A stretch of 36,070 nucleotides of DNA from a candidate division WWE3 bacterium. GTDB lineage: Bacteria; Patescibacteriota; WWE3; UBA101185; UBA10185. Positions 34,402-36,070 of the stretch are shown here, in pieces. The notes beneath the pieces are model-generated. The model did not search any database, was not told the DNA's origin, and was given only the letters and a program-made list of their open reading frames with translations. The stretch covers positions 1 through 36,070 of the forward strand of contig JAGQNX010000008.1 in assembly GCA_020427865.1 (NCBI GenBank), written 5' to 3'. Both the position numbers and the translations under genes were made by a program. Positions within the stretch are counted from its first letter, which is position 1. Every line of letters starts with the position of its first letter.

Positions 34402-34938
34402 GTGGCAGGTCATAATAAGTGGTCAAAAATCAAAAGACAAAAAGCTGTAACTGACAGCAAAAAAGGCAAGACCTTTTCACAGCTAAGTAAAATGATTAGT
34501 TTAGCTGCTAAAAACGGTGGTGGAGATGCTGACGCCAACCCTAGTCTGCGTCTTGCACTTGAAAAAGCTCGGCAAGAAAGATTACCCAAGGAAAATATTC
34601 AAAGAGCAATAAATAGGGGACTGGGTATAGGTAGTGATGCTCCTATAGACGAAGTATTGTATGAAGGTTACGCCCCCAATGGGGTAGCCGTATTAGTAAA
34701 GTGCGCTACCGATAATAGAAACCGCACTGTATCTGAAATTAGATTGATTTTTAACAAAAATAACGGGTCATTAGGTGAGTCTGGTAGTGCTGCTTATGTG
34801 TTTGGTGATACTCCCGAGGAACCCACTTTTTTTATAGATCTAGACGAAGAGTCCTATACCAATGTAGAAGTTTTAATTGAAGCTTTAGAAGAAAATGATG
34901 ATGTTATAGAGGTGTTCCATAATGCAAGGATTTCTTAA
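34402..34938 (+). CDS. yebC: YebC/PmpR (TACO1) family protein, short form
   Basis: AGHNKWSKIKRQKA.., NPSLRLALEKARQERLPKENIQRAI, YEGYAPNGVAVLV.CATDNRNRTVSEIR, and C-terminal LEENDDVIEVFHN. The GTG at 34402 is chosen by homology to the canonical MAGHSKW start; the ORF track starts at the TTG at 34384. Confidence 0.85.
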   Translation: MAGHNKWSKIKRQKAVTDSKKGKTFSQLSKMISLAAKNGGGDADANPSLRLALEKARQERLPKENIQRAINRGLGIGSDAPIDEVLYEGYAPNGVAVLVKCATDNRNRTVSEIRLIFNKNNGSLGESGSAAYVFGDTPEEPTFFIDLDEESYTNVEVLIEALEENDDVIEVFHNARIS

Positions 34939-35755
34939 TTTTTTTAAAGAGCCCACAATTACAAACGCGTTATTAAGTAAAAAGCATAGATATTTAGTAT
35001 TTTCTGTTGCAGTATTTTCTCTTATATATCTATATAGTGAAGCTGTACTACGTATTTCCATGGGTCTTTCTTTACTTGTAGTTTTGGTTACACTTTTGGG
35101 TTCTATAGCGGTTCAATATCCTAATATAGCAAAGCAAAATATTCCCTACATTTTATTAATGCCTTACCATTTTATTGCTGGTATTTTACTATCTATTCAT
35201 CTATTTCCTAATTTAGCCCTACCAATAAAATTTGTTTTGTTTTTTGCAGTTGGTGTGCTGTCTTATATTTTATCGTTGATGACTAATATCTTTTTAGTAG
35301 TGCATGAAAGACAAAAGCTAGTACCTTTATATAGAGTAGCAAATACTTGGGCTCAAATCTTAGTAGTTATAGTTGCTATCCCTTACTTTACAGGCATATT
35401 TAAGCTTGAATTTAACCCTTTGCTACAAAACTTTATTGTTGCCTTGTCTGGGTTTAGCTTTGTTCTATACATGTTTTGGACACAACGTTATGACCCTGAC
35501 TCTATAGATATATCTTTGGTTGAGCAGGTAGTTGATTCGTTACAAGTAGCCACAGGAATGTTTTTTGCAGGTCTAGCTGTAGCTTTTTTGCCTACAGAGT
35601 CTTTTTTACGGGGTGTATTTGTAGCAGCTGTTTTAATGGCAGGGTACGGGTATATGGAGAGTCACTATAAAAACAGTATTACCCGCAAGCTAGTTGTTCA
35701 ATATAGCTTAATAGTGCTGTTATTTTTGGTAATTTTGTTAATTTCACAAAACTAA
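34922..35755 (+). CDS. Polytopic membrane protein of unknown function (277 aa)
   Basis: About 7-8 hydrophobic segments and no recognised motif. It overlaps the yebC stop by 17 nt. Confidence 0.5.
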   Translation: MQGFLNFFKEPTITNALLSKKHRYLVFSVAVFSLIYLYSEAVLRISMGLSLLVVLVTLLGSIAVQYPNIAKQNIPYILLMPYHFIAGILLSIHLFPNLALPIKFVLFFAVGVLSYILSLMTNIFLVVHERQKLVPLYRVANTWAQILVVIVAIPYFTGIFKLEFNPLLQNFIVALSGFSFVLYMFWTQRYDPDSIDISLVEQVVDSLQVATGMFFAGLAVAFLPTESFLRGVFVAAVLMAGYGYMESHYKNSITRKLVVQYSLIVLLFLVILLISQN

Positions 35756-35897
35756 AACATTATTATTTGCTGTGGTTGCAGTAAAAAATGGCTGTGGATA
35801 TCCTAGTGTAGGGTAGTGGAGTGGAGGAGTTTTCTCTCTTAAGCGGCCTATAGTTATTTGTGCTAAATTTGGGTCTTAAAACTATAAGCCTGTAGAA

Positions 35898-35943
35898 TTG
35901 TCATACTTTTAATTTGTAAGATTGTCATAGTATATTTGTCATA
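35898..35943. repeat. Three direct copies of TTGTCATA in the terminal non-coding region
   Basis: TTGTCATA occurs at 35898-35905, 35922-35929 and 35936-35943, in an AT-rich stretch with no ORF. Confidence 0.6.
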
Positions 35944-36070
35944 ATTTTATTTTTGTATAAAGCAATTTTCAAAGTTTATATAAACAGCTAATACGTACAT
36001 ATTAGTGCAAATTGATAAAAGTTAAGTACCGAATTAAGTACCAAAAAGCTAATAATGAAGTCTTAATATA

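Noticed and set aside
35771-35801. Calling the window end an oriC because of the TGTGGATAT and TGTGGTTGC motifs
   Set aside because: Only one near-consensus DnaA box is present, plus one weak match (6 of 9). Neither dnaA nor dnaN is visible. Evidence is insufficient within the window.
1-36070. Possibility of a recoded genetic code (UGA as a sense codon), as seen in some CPR lineages
   Set aside because: All homology-supported ORFs are full length under the standard code. ychF terminates at a TGA (15667-15669) at the position expected from homology.
1-36070. CRISPR arrays, insertion sequences, prophage or defence islands
   Set aside because: I found no spaced direct-repeat array, and no transposase, integrase, recombinase or phage-like ORFs. 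The only repeats are short (TTGTCATA three times). The TraG/VirD4-like gene has no mobile-element neighbours.

Overview
AT-rich, tightly packed, almost entirely housekeeping chromosomal segment: about 40 protein genes, one tRNA and one riboswitch-type leader. I saw no rRNA, CRISPR array, transposase, integrase or phage genes. Plus-strand order: mreC (5' truncated by the window edge)-mreD-PBP2, dprA, topA, rpsB-tsf, frr-rseP, rpsU-yqeY-ybeY-pth, dnaX-recR, cysS-ychF, rpsF-ssb-rpsR, then an S41 protease and an HtrA protease. An inverted block prfA-rpmE-EamA transporter-hisS lies on the minus strand (19222-22985). The plus strand then resumes with an MBL-fold hydrolase, dnaB, tRNA-Leu(CAA)-efp, a membrane-protein cluster (Lgt-like/DksA-zinc-finger fusion, divergent LspA-like, unknown polytopic protein), an RluA-type pseudouridine synthase, an LCP/LytR_C-like protein, a large membrane-anchored TraG/VirD4-like P-loop ATPase with a mostly low-complexity partner protein, yebC and another membrane protein. 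Many proteins are minimal versions (EF-Ts 151 aa, YebC about 179 aa, DprA 220 aa, YqeY 94 aa, YbeY 119 aa). rplI, pyrH and ybaB are missing from their usual syntenic slots. Together this fits a reduced genome such as Patescibacteria/CPR, but that is inference only. The standard genetic code appears to be in use, since ychF ends in TGA. Most notable observations: (1) a complete T-box leader with mutually exclusive antiterminator and terminator upstream of hisS. (2) A recurrent TGnTAnnAT-N6-start arrangement implying leaderless mRNAs for several operon-first genes. (3) An orphan TraG/VirD4-like ATPase with an uncharacterised roughly 400-aa N-terminal domain plus a low-complexity partner, embedded in core genes. 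(4) An Lgt-like membrane domain fused to a DksA/TraR zinc finger, next to an LspA-like protein in which one catalytic Asp appears to be replaced.
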